Source: an uncultured delta proteobacterium (GTDB lineage Bacteria > Myxococcota_A > UBA9160 > SMWR01). From it: DNA of 64,000 nt. Location of the stretch: assembly GCA_963832165.1 (NCBI GenBank), contig CAWHTE010000004.1, positions 288,001-352,000 of the forward strand, in the 5' to 3' direction. The notes below the pieces were generated by a model. It made no database searches, had not been told where the DNA came from, and saw nothing but the letters and a program-made list of their open reading frames with translations. Every line of letters begins with the position of its first letter. Position 1 is the first letter of the stretch. Both the position numbers and the translations under genes were made by a program. Of this stretch, positions 8,548-18,231 are shown piece after piece.

Positions 8548-9870
8548 ATGCCGGTCCCGATCTCGCAGATGGCCACGGTGGCGACCTACCTGCTGCGCCA
8601 GAAGCTGCGCGGCGTCGAGCGCTACCCGCTCGTGCTGATGCTCGAGCCGCTCTACCGCTGCAACCTCGCATGCGGGGGCTGTGGGAAGATCCAGTACCCG
8701 GGACGCGTGCTGCGCAAGCACCTCTCGGTGGAAGAGTGCATGGCCGCCGTGGACGAGTGCCCGGCGCCGATGGTGAGCATCCCGGGCGGAGAGCCGCTGC
8801 TGCACCCCGAGATCGACAAGATCGTCGAGGGGCTCGTGGCGCGGAAGAAGTACATCTACCTGTGCACGAACGCGATCCTGCTCGAGGAGAAGCTGCACCT
8901 GTTCCAGCCGAGCAAGTACCTCTCGTTCAGCGTGCACCTCGACGGGCTGCGCGACGAGCACGACGCGGCGGTGTGCCGCGACGGCGTCTTCGACGTGGCG
9001 GTTTCGGCGATCAAGGCGGCGCTCGAGCGCGGCTTCCGCGTCACGACCAACACGACGCTGTTCGACAACTCCGACCCCGAACGCACCGCGGAGTTCTTCG
9101 ACTTCGCGATGGACCTCGGCGTCGAGGGGTTCATGGTGTCGCCGGGCTATGCCTACGCGAAAGCACCCGACCAGGAGCACTGGCTCGGGCGCCAGCGCAC
9201 GGTGGATTTCTTCCGCAAGCTGCTTCACCGCCCCGGCGCGCGGCGCTGGCGCTTCAACCAGTCGCCGCTGTTCATCGAGTTCCTCGCCGGCGCCCAGGAC
9301 TACGAGTGCACGCCCTGGGGCATGCCCGCCTACTCGATCTTCGGTTGGCAGAAGCCCTGCTATTTGATCCAGGACGGCTACGCGCAGAGCTTCCGCGAGC
9401 TGGTCGATGAGACGCGCTGGGAGAACTACGGCCCGAAGAGCGGCAACCCGGCCTGCCAGAACTGCATGGTTCACTGCGGCTTCGAGGCGAGCGCGGTCGA
9501 GGCGGCGTTCTCGACGCCCAAGGGCATGCTCGCGATGCTGCGCGCGATGTTCCGCGGTCCCAAGGTGTCCGCACCGACGGGCATCGTCGCCGGTGGGGCG
9601 CACGTCCCGCAGGTCGCACCCGGGCTCGCGCGCGGCTGGTCGGCGGAGGCGAGTTCGGAATCCCTGCGCGCCGCGTTCGACTACCGCGGCGATGCCACGC
9701 TCACGCTCGACGACGGCCGCGAGATCGAGGGCTACGTGGTCGACGCGCGCGAGGGCGAAGTGCGCGTGTGGGAGAAGAAGGGCACCGGAACCACGCGCAT
9801 CGACAGCTCGCGGATCCGCCGGGTCGCGCTGTCGGGTCGCGATCCGACGCACACGGTGGCCGCGAACTAG
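8548..9870 (+). CDS. hpnH: Adenosyl-hopene transferase HpnH (radical SAM) with extra C-terminal domain
   Basis: YPLVLMLEPLYRCNLACGGCGKI (CxxxCxxC), GGEPLLH, CTPWG, WQKPCY, CQNCMVHCGFE. Confidence 0.95.
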   Translation: MPVPISQMATVATYLLRQKLRGVERYPLVLMLEPLYRCNLACGGCGKIQYPGRVLRKHLSVEECMAAVDECPAPMVSIPGGEPLLHPEIDKIVEGLVARKKYIYLCTNAILLEEKLHLFQPSKYLSFSVHLDGLRDEHDAAVCRDGVFDVAVSAIKAALERGFRVTTNTTLFDNSDPERTAEFFDFAMDLGVEGFMVSPGYAYAKAPDQEHWLGRQRTVDFFRKLLHRPGARRWRFNQSPLFIEFLAGAQDYECTPWGMPAYSIFGWQKPCYLIQDGYAQSFRELVDETRWENYGPKSGNPACQNCMVHCGFEASAVEAAFSTPKGMLAMLRAMFRGPKVSAPTGIVAGGAHVPQVAPGLARGWSAEASSESLRAAFDYRGDATLTLDDGREIEGYVVDAREGEVRVWEKKGTGTTRIDSSRIRRVALSGRDPTHTVAAN

Positions 9871-9951
9871 TCGCGAGCAGCCCGGAGATCGCTGCGGGCA
9901 AGCCGAGCGATGAAGAGCACGCCGATCGGCTCGGTGCGCAGCGCAAACGGG

Positions 9952-11160
9952 CTAGATGACGCCGCGTTCGCGCAGCCCGCTCACTTCGTCCCAGTCGTAG
10001 CCGAGCAGCTCCGTGAGCAGGATCTCGGTGTGCTGCCCGTGCTCGGGCGCAGGCGCTCGGATCGATCCCGGAGTCTCGGAGAGCCGCACGGGAATGCCCA
10101 CGTACTGGGTCTTGCCATGCGTCGGGTGGTCGAAGTCGACGATGTAGTCGTTCGCGAGCATCTGCGGGTCGGTGGGCAGATCGTTCAGGCTGTTCACGAT
10201 CGTGAAGATGAAGTCGCCTCCCTTGCGCAGGATGTCGAGCCACTCGGCACGCGGCTTCGACGCGAACAGCTGATCCATGATCTCGATCAGCGCCGCGCAG
10301 TTGCCCGCGCGCGCGCCCATCGTCGCGAAGCGCGGGTCGGTCTCCAGATCCGGCCGGCCGATCGCGCGCGCGAAGTCGGCCCAGTAGCGGTCGGGCTGGA
10401 GCATGGCCAGCGCGAGCCACTTGTCGTCGCCGCAGCGGTAGTGGTTCCAGAGCGGGTTGAACGCGCGCGCGCGCGGCATGCGCGGGAACGCGGCGCCATT
10501 GATCAGCCGCGACGTGAGAGAGAGGCCCTGGAGGAAGCTCATGCTGCCGAGATGCGACGCGTCGACCACCTGGCCGATGCCATAGCGCTCGCGCGAGATC
10601 ACGGCCGCGAGCACGCCGTAGGCGAGCAGGATCGCGCCCATCTGATCGGCGACTCCGCCGCCGATCGCCTGCGGCGGCATGTCCGGCTCGCCCGCGGCGA
10701 ACATGATGCCCGAGCGCGCGAGTCCGAGGTGGTCGAACGACGGGTCGCCGCTCTCGGGACCCTCGGGCCCGTAGCCGGTTGCGTTCGCGTAGATCAGGCG
10801 CGGGTTGCGCCCGCGCAGCTCGTCCGCGCCGAGGCCGAGCCGGTCGGCGACGCCCTTGCGGAAGTTCTGGACGAACACGTCCGAGACCGCGGCGAGCCGG
10901 TAGATGATCTCGCGCGCCTCGGGCTGCTTCAGGTCGAGCGCGATGCTCTGCTTGTTGCGGTTGTTGGCCTCGAAGTAGAAGTTCAGGCGGTCCGACTTCT
11001 GACCCGCGATCGCCACGATGCCGCGGCCCGGATCGCCGCCCTCCTTGTTCTCGATCTTGATCACCTCGGCACCGAGATCGCCGAGCATCGCGCTCGCCAC
11101 CGGCCCCTGCTGCCAGATCGTCCAGTCGATCACGCGCAGACCTTCGAGCGGCATCGGCAT
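9952..11160 (-). CDS. CaiB/BaiF family (class III) CoA transferase
   Basis: PLEGLRVID, LGDLGAEVIKIE, NRNKQSIALDLK, DVFVQNFR, APEHGQHT; GAGGAGG RBS. Confidence 0.92.
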   Translation of the reverse strand: MPMPLEGLRVIDWTIWQQGPVASAMLGDLGAEVIKIENKEGGDPGRGIVAIAGQKSDRLNFYFEANNRNKQSIALDLKQPEAREIIYRLAAVSDVFVQNFRKGVADRLGLGADELRGRNPRLIYANATGYGPEGPESGDPSFDHLGLARSGIMFAAGEPDMPPQAIGGGVADQMGAILLAYGVLAAVISRERYGIGQVVDASHLGSMSFLQGLSLTSRLINGAAFPRMPRARAFNPLWNHYRCGDDKWLALAMLQPDRYWADFARAIGRPDLETDPRFATMGARAGNCAALIEIMDQLFASKPRAEWLDILRKGGDFIFTIVNSLNDLPTDPQMLANDYIVDFDHPTHGKTQYVGIPVRLSETPGSIRAPAPEHGQHTEILLTELLGYDWDEVSGLRERGVI

Positions 11161-11310
11161 GGACAAACCCTCCTCGTAGCCGGGGGTCACAATCTACGGC
11201 GCGGGGCGTAGCGGTGTCTACCAAACGAAATCGGATGCGCGACGTTCCGGTTCTGGGGTACAGGCGCAGCTCTGGGCAGTCGATACCCACGCCTGGAAGG
11301 GGCAGGTCCC

Positions 11311-11976
11311 ATGCGAAGCGAGCTTTCGAGGTATGGCTTCTGGTTCGAACACACCCGGCCGGGTCCGCGCGGGTCGTGGCGGGTCGCGGTCGCCGCGCTC
11401 GTGGCCCTCGCGGGGTGCGCGGGCGTCCTCCCGGCGAAGCAGGAGCCCTTCGATCTCACTCCGCTGATCGAGGCCCAGACCGACCCATCGATCGGCTTGT
11501 CCGCCGCGTTTCCGGATTACGACGCGGTGGTGGTGGGCGGGGTCAACATGGCGGACGGTCGGGATGCGCAGGACGGCGTCGTGGACCTCGTCACGGAGAC
11601 CTACGACTCGGAGCTCGATCCCGCCCAGTCGTGGCTCGTCGATGTGAGTGTGACGCGGTTCGATACGCCGGCGCGAGCGGCTCGAGAAATCGATGCCTCG
11701 TGCAGCTCGTTCTCGCGCGGCGGCGCGTCGGGCCACCCGGTTCGCTGGCGAGATGGCGTCTACTGCATCTCGTCGGTCGTTCACCAGCGCAACGATCCGC
11801 ACAACATGTACCTGCCCGCGAACTTCTATGCGTCGTGGCTGTTCGTGCGCAGCGACCGGATCGTGGTGCGCATGTACGAGCGGCAGAGGCGCTCGGCGAA
11901 GAGCGCCAAGGGCGAGATCATCGCGGAGATCGCCGACCGACTATCGAACGAGATGGCCACCCCGGCCGCAGAGTGA
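11311..11976 (+). CDS. Hypothetical lipoprotein
   Basis: Hydrophobic stretch ending in lipobox LAGC; normal amino-acid composition; no family recognised. Confidence 0.6.
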   Translation: MRSELSRYGFWFEHTRPGPRGSWRVAVAALVALAGCAGVLPAKQEPFDLTPLIEAQTDPSIGLSAAFPDYDAVVVGGVNMADGRDAQDGVVDLVTETYDSELDPAQSWLVDVSVTRFDTPARAAREIDASCSSFSRGGASGHPVRWRDGVYCISSVVHQRNDPHNMYLPANFYASWLFVRSDRIVVRMYERQRRSAKSAKGEIIAEIADRLSNEMATPAAE

Positions 11977-11986
11977 CCCGCGCGTC

Positions 11987-14152
11987 TCACCGGAGTACGC
12001 GCAGCAGGTCGCTGTAGTCGTCGGTCCAGAGCGGAGCGCTCGCGATCATCTCGGGCGTCGGCCAGGTCACCGCGGGCCGGTCCAGGCGGATCCCGCGTGA
12101 GCGCGCGCGCAACGCCGCCGCGCGGGCGAGCTCGCGCAGGCGCGGCTCGCTCCGCGAGAGGAACACCCACGTCGAGGGGTTCGACAGGTGCCTCGGCGCC
12201 TGGGCGTTGAACAGCCTCACCGCGTGGACGTCGGCGTCGAGCGCGAGGCGGAAGAGCAACGGCATCAGTTCGAAGTAGCGGCTCGAGATGTGGACCGCGA
12301 GCAGTCCCTCTGGCGCGAGCGAGCCCAGATAGAGCGCGAGCGCCTCGCGCGTGAGCAGGTGCACCGGCACGGCATCGCTGCTGTAGGCGTCCACGATCAG
12401 GAAGTCGAAGAGCGGCGCGTTGCGCGCGCGCTCGGCCGCGAGCGAGATGCGACCATCCCCCTGGATGACCTCGACCTGCGCCGGGCTGCGCGTGAGGAAC
12501 GTGAAGAAGCCCCCGGCGCGAGAGAGACGGATCACCGCCGGGTCGATCTCGAAGAAGCGGAAGTGATCGCCCGGGCGACCGTAGGCCGCGAGCGTGCCCA
12601 CGCCGAGACCGACCACGCCGACCTCGCTCGGTACGTCCGGCTCGCGGAGACCGAGCGCGATCTCGATTCCCGTGTGGATGCCGTAATAGGTGGTGGGCTT
12701 GTCCTCCTGCCCCGCGATCTGCGCGCCGTGCATCGTCGATCCATTCATGAGCGCGCGATAGTTGTGGAAGTCTCCCTGCCTCGCGACGACGCGAAGCACC
12801 CCGAAGAAGCTCCGCTCCTGATGCAGCGCCGGAGCGCGGTCGAAGAGCTGCGCGCCGTAGTATCCGAGCGCGAGCGACACGAGCGCTGCCGCCGTACCGA
12901 ACCGCCACGTCGGTGCGGATCGTCCGAGCCATCCCGTCGGTGTGGCGCGACACGCCGCGAGCAGCAGCACGCACGCGAGCGCGAGCCCGATCGGCACCTC
13001 GTAGAAGCGGTCGAACACGCGCGGTGCGGCGAGACCGACGGCGAGTCCACCGAGTGCACCGCCGCCCGAAGTGCACAGGTAGAACGACGTGAGCGAATGG
13101 GCCGGAGGGCGCAGCCGGTAGAGCTCGCCGTGCAGCACCATGCACGCGCCGAACAGGAGCGCGCTGAACCTGGCGATCTGGAACGGGAGCTGCCCAATCA
13201 GCGCAGCGATCGCGGTGCCTCGGATTCCGAGCGCCTCCGGGAGAACCTGCGCGAGGAAGGCCAGCAGCGCGATCACCGCGAACGGCACGCGCCGATAGAT
13301 CCACGGCGCGCCGAAGCAGAGGATCAGGCTCGCGAGGTAGATCGCGAGCGGCACGATCCACAGGAACGGAATGCTCGCGGTGTCGAGGCACAGCTGATTG
13401 GTGACACCCATGAGGAGCATCACCGCGCACGCCGAGAGCAGCACCCAGAGCGCGAAGCGCGCGGGCTGCGCCCGCTCGATCGGATCGCCCGCGGGCGCGT
13501 CCGCGGCCGGAATGGACGCGGTACCGGCGCGGCGGGCCAGGGCCGCGCACGCGACCACCGCCACAGCCGTCGCCGCGAACGCGGCAGACCAGACCCGGCT
13601 CGTCGTCGAGACCGGCAGACGCGGCTCGAGCGCGAGGGGATAGGCGAGCAGCGCAACCAGCGATCCGAGATTCGAGACCGCGTAGAGCGGGTAGGGCGAA
13701 CGCTTGGGATAGGAGCGCGCGAACCAGACCGCGACGAGGGGCCCGGTCGCCGCGAGCGCGAAGAACGGCAGCGCGACGTTCGCGAAGAGCATCGCGAGGA
13801 TCTGCCCACTCGGATCCCCGCTGCCGTCGGGTCGCCAGGCGTCGCCGGGCAGCACGGGCAGCGCCAGCACGGCCAGGGCGACGACGCCGGCGTGGATCCA
13901 GAGCTGCGCCGCCGCGCTCGCTCGCGCGATCAGCAGATAGGCGTATGCGTAGCCCGCGAACAGCGTCACCTGGTAGAACGCGAGACAGAGCGACCAGACC
14001 GCGGGCACGCCGCCGAACCACGGCACGATCCGCTTCGCGACGAGCGGCTGGACCAGGAAGATCAGATAGGCCGAGGCGAACGTGGTGACGAGGAAGAGCA
14101 ACGCGCCCGACCGGATCGCTTCACTTCTCGGCGGAATCTCCGCGGCGTCCAC
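11987..14152 (-). CDS. Multi-TM membrane protein fused to spermidine-synthase-like SAM-binding domain, paralog 1
   Basis: LIFLVQPLVAK..PWFGG, PYPLYAVSNLGS, HGELYRLRP, VGLGVGT, FEIDPAV, GDGR, VDAYSSDAVPVHLLTREA, WTDDYS. Confidence 0.88.
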   Translation of the reverse strand: MDAAEIPPRSEAIRSGALLFLVTTFASAYLIFLVQPLVAKRIVPWFGGVPAVWSLCLAFYQVTLFAGYAYAYLLIARASAAAQLWIHAGVVALAVLALPVLPGDAWRPDGSGDPSGQILAMLFANVALPFFALAATGPLVAVWFARSYPKRSPYPLYAVSNLGSLVALLAYPLALEPRLPVSTTSRVWSAAFAATAVAVVACAALARRAGTASIPAADAPAGDPIERAQPARFALWVLLSACAVMLLMGVTNQLCLDTASIPFLWIVPLAIYLASLILCFGAPWIYRRVPFAVIALLAFLAQVLPEALGIRGTAIAALIGQLPFQIARFSALLFGACMVLHGELYRLRPPAHSLTSFYLCTSGGGALGGLAVGLAAPRVFDRFYEVPIGLALACVLLLAACRATPTGWLGRSAPTWRFGTAAALVSLALGYYGAQLFDRAPALHQERSFFGVLRVVARQGDFHNYRALMNGSTMHGAQIAGQEDKPTTYYGIHTGIEIALGLREPDVPSEVGVVGLGVGTLAAYGRPGDHFRFFEIDPAVIRLSRAGGFFTFLTRSPAQVEVIQGDGRISLAAERARNAPLFDFLIVDAYSSDAVPVHLLTREALALYLGSLAPEGLLAVHISSRYFELMPLLFRLALDADVHAVRLFNAQAPRHLSNPSTWVFLSRSEPRLRELARAAALRARSRGIRLDRPAVTWPTPEMIASAPLWTDDYSDLLRVLR

Positions 14153-14154
14153 CG

Positions 14155-15801
14155 TCAGCGCAGGTACACCCCGCCCGACAGGCGTGTCGCCTTCGGGTCG
14201 ACGCGCACGTGCACGACCGACACGCGGCCGGACGCGAGCGCGCGGTCGAGCGCCGGCCGGATCTGGCCCGGCTGGTCGACGCGCTCGGCGTGGCCGTCGA
14301 CGAACTCGGCGAACTTCTCGTAGTGAGCGGGCAGCAGCGAGGCGATCCGCGGCGCGCCGGGCGGGAACATGCCGTCCTGGATCGAGTGCCCGGCGATTCC
14401 CTCGTTGTTCGCGACCACGAAGACCACGGGTGCGCCCACGCGCGCAGCGGTCTCCACTTCGAGCGCGGCCGCTCCGAATGCGTAGTCGCCCAGGATCGCC
14501 ACCGACGGTGCTTCGGGGCGCGCGAGCTTCGCGCCGATCGCGTAGGGCACCCCCGTGCCCATGCAGCCCGTGGTGCCCGCGTTGAACAGGCGCCGCTCTC
14601 CGTAGCTGGGCATGATCTGCCGCGCGATGCCCATGATCGTCTCACCGTCGATCGCGATCGACGACTCACGCGGCACCGCCGCGCGCACCTCGGCGACGAG
14701 GCGGTGCGGATCGATCGGCATCGAGTCCGACTCCATCGACGCGCGCAGCTTCGCCTCGTTCTCTTCGCGTGCTGTCGCAAGCGAGGCGAGCCAGCGCCCG
14801 TCGGCGCTCTTCAGTTTTCGACCGGAGAGCGCAGTCAGGAGCGCCTGCGCAGCCGCGCGTGCGTCGGCGACCACGCCGAGCTCGATATCCGCGCCGCTGT
14901 AGAACTCACCGGCCTCGAGATCGATCTGGGCGAGGCGCACTCCGGCTGCGAAGCCGCGCGCGCCGCCGTAGCCGAAGATCCAGTTGAAGCGCCCGCCGAT
15001 CATCACGATCGCATCCGCGGTCTTGAGCGCCGTGGAGCGCGCGCTGTTCATGAAGCAGCGGTGATCGTCGGGGATCGTGCCGCGCGCCATCGGCGAAGTG
15101 ACGTAGGGAATGCCGAGGTCGGCGATCTGTGCGAGCGCCTCGCCGGCGCCCGCCCATGCGGCGCCCTTGCCGACGAGCAGCAGCGGGCGCTCGGCGCGCG
15201 CGAGCAGATCGGCAATGCGCTCGATCGCCTCCGGCGCCGGGTGGGGCGGCGCAATTTCGGGCGGCCGCTCGCGCAGCGGTGCGCGAGCCGACTCGACGCG
15301 CCGCGCGACCCAGTGGCCCGGGAAATCGATGTACACCGCGCCGGGTCGTCCGCTCGCGGCCTTGCCCAGCGCGAGGTGCACGATCTCGGGGATGCGCTCG
15401 GTGCTGTCGACCTCGAGCGTCCACTTGCACGCGGGCCGCGCGAACGCGCGCTGGTCCGCCTCCTGGAAGCCGCCGAGGCCGCGCATCATCCCGTACGCCG
15501 AGCCGCCGAGCACCACGAGCGGCATCGCGCTCTCGGTGGCGACGTGCATCGGCGTCACCGCGTTGGTCATGCCCGGGCCCGAGCCCACGACGCACACGCC
15601 GGGCTTGCGCTTCACCCAACCCCAGCCGGAGGCCATCAATCCCGCGGAAACCTCGTGCCGGCAGTTGACGACCGTGAGGCCTTCCTCGACGGCGCCCGAC
15701 AGGATCTCGATCATCGGCCCTGCGACGACGCCGAATATCGTGTCGATCCCTGCGGCCTTCAGCTGCCGGGCCGCGAGCTGGCCCCCGTTGCGCTCGGTCA
15801 T
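14155..15801 (-). CDS. Thiamine diphosphate-dependent enzyme, oxalyl-CoA decarboxylase / 2-hydroxyacyl-CoA lyase-like
   Basis: NCRHE, GSGPGMTNA, GGFQEADQ, GRPGAVYIDFP, NAGTTGCMGTG, ThDP motif GDYAFG...NNEG; GAGGAG RBS. Confidence 0.88.
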   Translation of the reverse strand: MTERNGGQLAARQLKAAGIDTIFGVVAGPMIEILSGAVEEGLTVVNCRHEVSAGLMASGWGWVKRKPGVCVVGSGPGMTNAVTPMHVATESAMPLVVLGGSAYGMMRGLGGFQEADQRAFARPACKWTLEVDSTERIPEIVHLALGKAASGRPGAVYIDFPGHWVARRVESARAPLRERPPEIAPPHPAPEAIERIADLLARAERPLLLVGKGAAWAGAGEALAQIADLGIPYVTSPMARGTIPDDHRCFMNSARSTALKTADAIVMIGGRFNWIFGYGGARGFAAGVRLAQIDLEAGEFYSGADIELGVVADARAAAQALLTALSGRKLKSADGRWLASLATAREENEAKLRASMESDSMPIDPHRLVAEVRAAVPRESSIAIDGETIMGIARQIMPSYGERRLFNAGTTGCMGTGVPYAIGAKLARPEAPSVAILGDYAFGAAALEVETAARVGAPVVFVVANNEGIAGHSIQDGMFPPGAPRIASLLPAHYEKFAEFVDGHAERVDQPGQIRPALDRALASGRVSVVHVRVDPKATRLSGGVYLR

Positions 15802-15875
15802 CGCTGTCTCCTCTGTGGAGCCCCATGATGCGTCGCCTGCGCACCACACGGCAAGCTCGGGTCGATTCGCCTCGC

Positions 15876-18077
15876 CTACTTCAGCACGCGGAGGAGATCG
15901 CTGTAGTCGTCGGTCCACAGAGGTGCACGCGCAAGCAGCTCCGGGGTCGGCCGGTTCACGGCATTTCCGCGCAGACCTCGCGCGCGGTGGCGCTTCTGCG
16001 CGGCGCGCGCGAGCGCGTCCAGGCGCGACTCGTCCTCGCTGAAGAAGACCCACTGCGATCCCTGCGAGCGCTGCCTCGGGGCCCCGGGGTTCTGGAGGCT
16101 CAGCACAGGCATGCCCGCGTCGTCGGCCAGGCGGAACAGCAGCGGGATCAGATTGAACGTTCGGCTCGAAACATGGATCGCGAGCAGCCCGCTCGGCGCG
16201 AGCGATTCGCGGTAGAGCGCGAGCGCTTCTCGCGTGAGCAGGTGGACGGGCACGGAGTCGCTGCTGTAGCCGTCGACGATCAGGTAATCGAAGAGCGGGG
16301 CGTTGCGCGCGCGCTCGCGCGCGATCGAGATGCGGCCATCTCCCTGGATGATCTCGACCTTCGCCTTGCTGAGCTCGAGGAAGGTGAAGTACTTGTCGTC
16401 GCGGTCCATCCGGATCACCGCGGGGTCGATCTCGAAGAACCGCATGTGATCGCCCTCGCGACCGTAGACGGCGAGCGTGCCGGTTCCGAGCCCGACCACG
16501 CCGATCTCCGCCGGTACGCCTTCCTCGCGCAGCCCCAGCGCGATCTCGATGCCCGTGTGCATCCCGTAATAGGTGGTGGGTTTGTTCTCGAGGCCCACGA
16601 TCTGCAAGCCATGCAACGTGGAACCGTGCATGAGGGTCCGGATCGGACGCGTTCGCATCCCATCGCGCTTCTGCTCGACCCGCAGCACGCCGAAGAAGCT
16701 CCGCTCCTGATGCAGGACGGTGGAACGAGCTGCGAAGCTCCACGTACCGGCATAGCCGACTCCGAGACACGTGAGCGCGAGAGCGACAGCGAAGCGCCAC
16801 CGCGGCCCGCCGTGGCGCAGCCATCCGCGCGCGTCGCTGCGCCACGCGGCGAGCAGGAGCAGGCATCCCAGCAGGAGCCCGAGCTGCAGCTCGCGGAATT
16901 CGTCGAACACGCGCGGTGCGACGAGGCCGACGGCGAGACCGCCGAGCGCTCCACCGCCCGACGTGCACAGGTAGTACGTGGCGAGCCTGTGCGCTGGCGG
17001 ACGCAGCCGGAACAGCTCGCCGTGCAGGACCATGCACGACGCGAACAGCAAGAGGCCGTATTTCGCAACCAGGTACGGCACCTGCCCACCCGCCGCCTCG
17101 GTCAGCGTGGCGTACGTCCACACCTTCAGCGCGAGGTCTGGCGCGAAGTGAGCGAACGCCGCGAGCGCCACGAACGGCCATCGGCTGTACAACCGCTCCG
17201 AGCTGAAGCACAGGATCAGCGTGGAGAGATAGATCGCGAGCGGCACGATCCAGAGGAACGGCACGCTCGCGAGATCGAGACAGAGCGTGTTCGTGAGGCC
17301 CATCAGCAGCACCACGGCACACGCCGGGAGCAGGATCCAGAGGGCGATCCGGCCCGCGCGCAGATCGGACCCGGACGAGGTCGCGTCGAGCTCCGCCGCT
17401 GTCACCGCGGCAGTCGTCCCGGTGCGCCTCGCGAGAAAGCCGCAGCCGATCACGGCGAGGCCCGCTGCGATGAAGGCGCCGGACCAGATGCGGCCGGTTG
17501 CGGACAGCGGCAGGCGCGGCTCGAGCGCGAACGGGTAGGCGAGCAGCGCCAGCAGCGACCCGAGATTCGAGACCGCGTAGAGGGGGTAGGGCGAGCGGTC
17601 GGGGTAGCGCCGCGAGAACCAGACGGAGATCAGCGTTCCGGTCGCCGAGAGCGCGAAGAACGGCAGCGCGACGTTGGCGAGCAGCATCGCGAGAATCTCC
17701 GCGACGGGATCGCCGCTCCCGTCGGGCCGCGACGCATCGGTGGGCAGCACGGGGAGGGCGAGCACGGCGGCCGCGATCGCGACGGCGTGGACGATCCACT
17801 GTGTGCGAGCGCTCGCACGCGTGGTCAGCAGATACGCATACGCGTACCCAGCAAACAGAGTGGTCTGGTAGAACGCCAAGCACAGCGACCAGACCGCGGG
17901 AACGCCTCCGAACCAGGGCAGGATCCGCTTCGCGACCAGGGGCTGGACCAGGAAGATCAGGAAAGCCGAGGCGAACGTGGTCGCAACGAACAGCGAAACG
18001 CCCGGCGGGATCGCGGCGCTCGCCGCGGGTTCGATGCGATCCGCGGGCTCCGAGATCGGCAGCTGCGCAGCGTCCAT
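15876..18077 (-). CDS. Multi-TM membrane protein fused to spermidine-synthase-like domain, paralog 2
   Basis: Colinear with 11987-14152, many identical blocks; VGLGTGT, FEIDPAV, VDGYSSDSVPVHLLTREA. Confidence 0.88.
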   Translation of the reverse strand: MDAAQLPISEPADRIEPAASAAIPPGVSLFVATTFASAFLIFLVQPLVAKRILPWFGGVPAVWSLCLAFYQTTLFAGYAYAYLLTTRASARTQWIVHAVAIAAAVLALPVLPTDASRPDGSGDPVAEILAMLLANVALPFFALSATGTLISVWFSRRYPDRSPYPLYAVSNLGSLLALLAYPFALEPRLPLSATGRIWSGAFIAAGLAVIGCGFLARRTGTTAAVTAAELDATSSGSDLRAGRIALWILLPACAVVLLMGLTNTLCLDLASVPFLWIVPLAIYLSTLILCFSSERLYSRWPFVALAAFAHFAPDLALKVWTYATLTEAAGGQVPYLVAKYGLLLFASCMVLHGELFRLRPPAHRLATYYLCTSGGGALGGLAVGLVAPRVFDEFRELQLGLLLGCLLLLAAWRSDARGWLRHGGPRWRFAVALALTCLGVGYAGTWSFAARSTVLHQERSFFGVLRVEQKRDGMRTRPIRTLMHGSTLHGLQIVGLENKPTTYYGMHTGIEIALGLREEGVPAEIGVVGLGTGTLAVYGREGDHMRFFEIDPAVIRMDRDDKYFTFLELSKAKVEIIQGDGRISIARERARNAPLFDYLIVDGYSSDSVPVHLLTREALALYRESLAPSGLLAIHVSSRTFNLIPLLFRLADDAGMPVLSLQNPGAPRQRSQGSQWVFFSEDESRLDALARAAQKRHRARGLRGNAVNRPTPELLARAPLWTDDYSDLLRVLK

Positions 18078-18231
18078 GGGCCTCCCTGATCGAGCCGGCC
18101 ATGATGCACGTCAGGAGCCCCGCCCGGCAAGGGAAGCGCCCACGACATCTTTCGGGGTGTCGTCGCGATCCGCACGACCTATTCTCGGCGGGGGCGGTGT
18201 GAGGTTTCCAAATCCATCTGGAGGAATGTCC

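Noticed and set aside
9871..9951. Intergenic hairpins after hpnH as a Rho-independent terminator or repeat copy
   Set aside because: Short imperfect stems without a U-tract, and no convincing match to the repeat families
14155..18102. 1315-aa ORF as a giant fusion protein
   Set aside because: Only the last 548 aa (from ATG 15801, with its own RBS) are the ThDP enzyme; the rest is an Arg/Ala-rich off-frame read of the overlapping membrane gene
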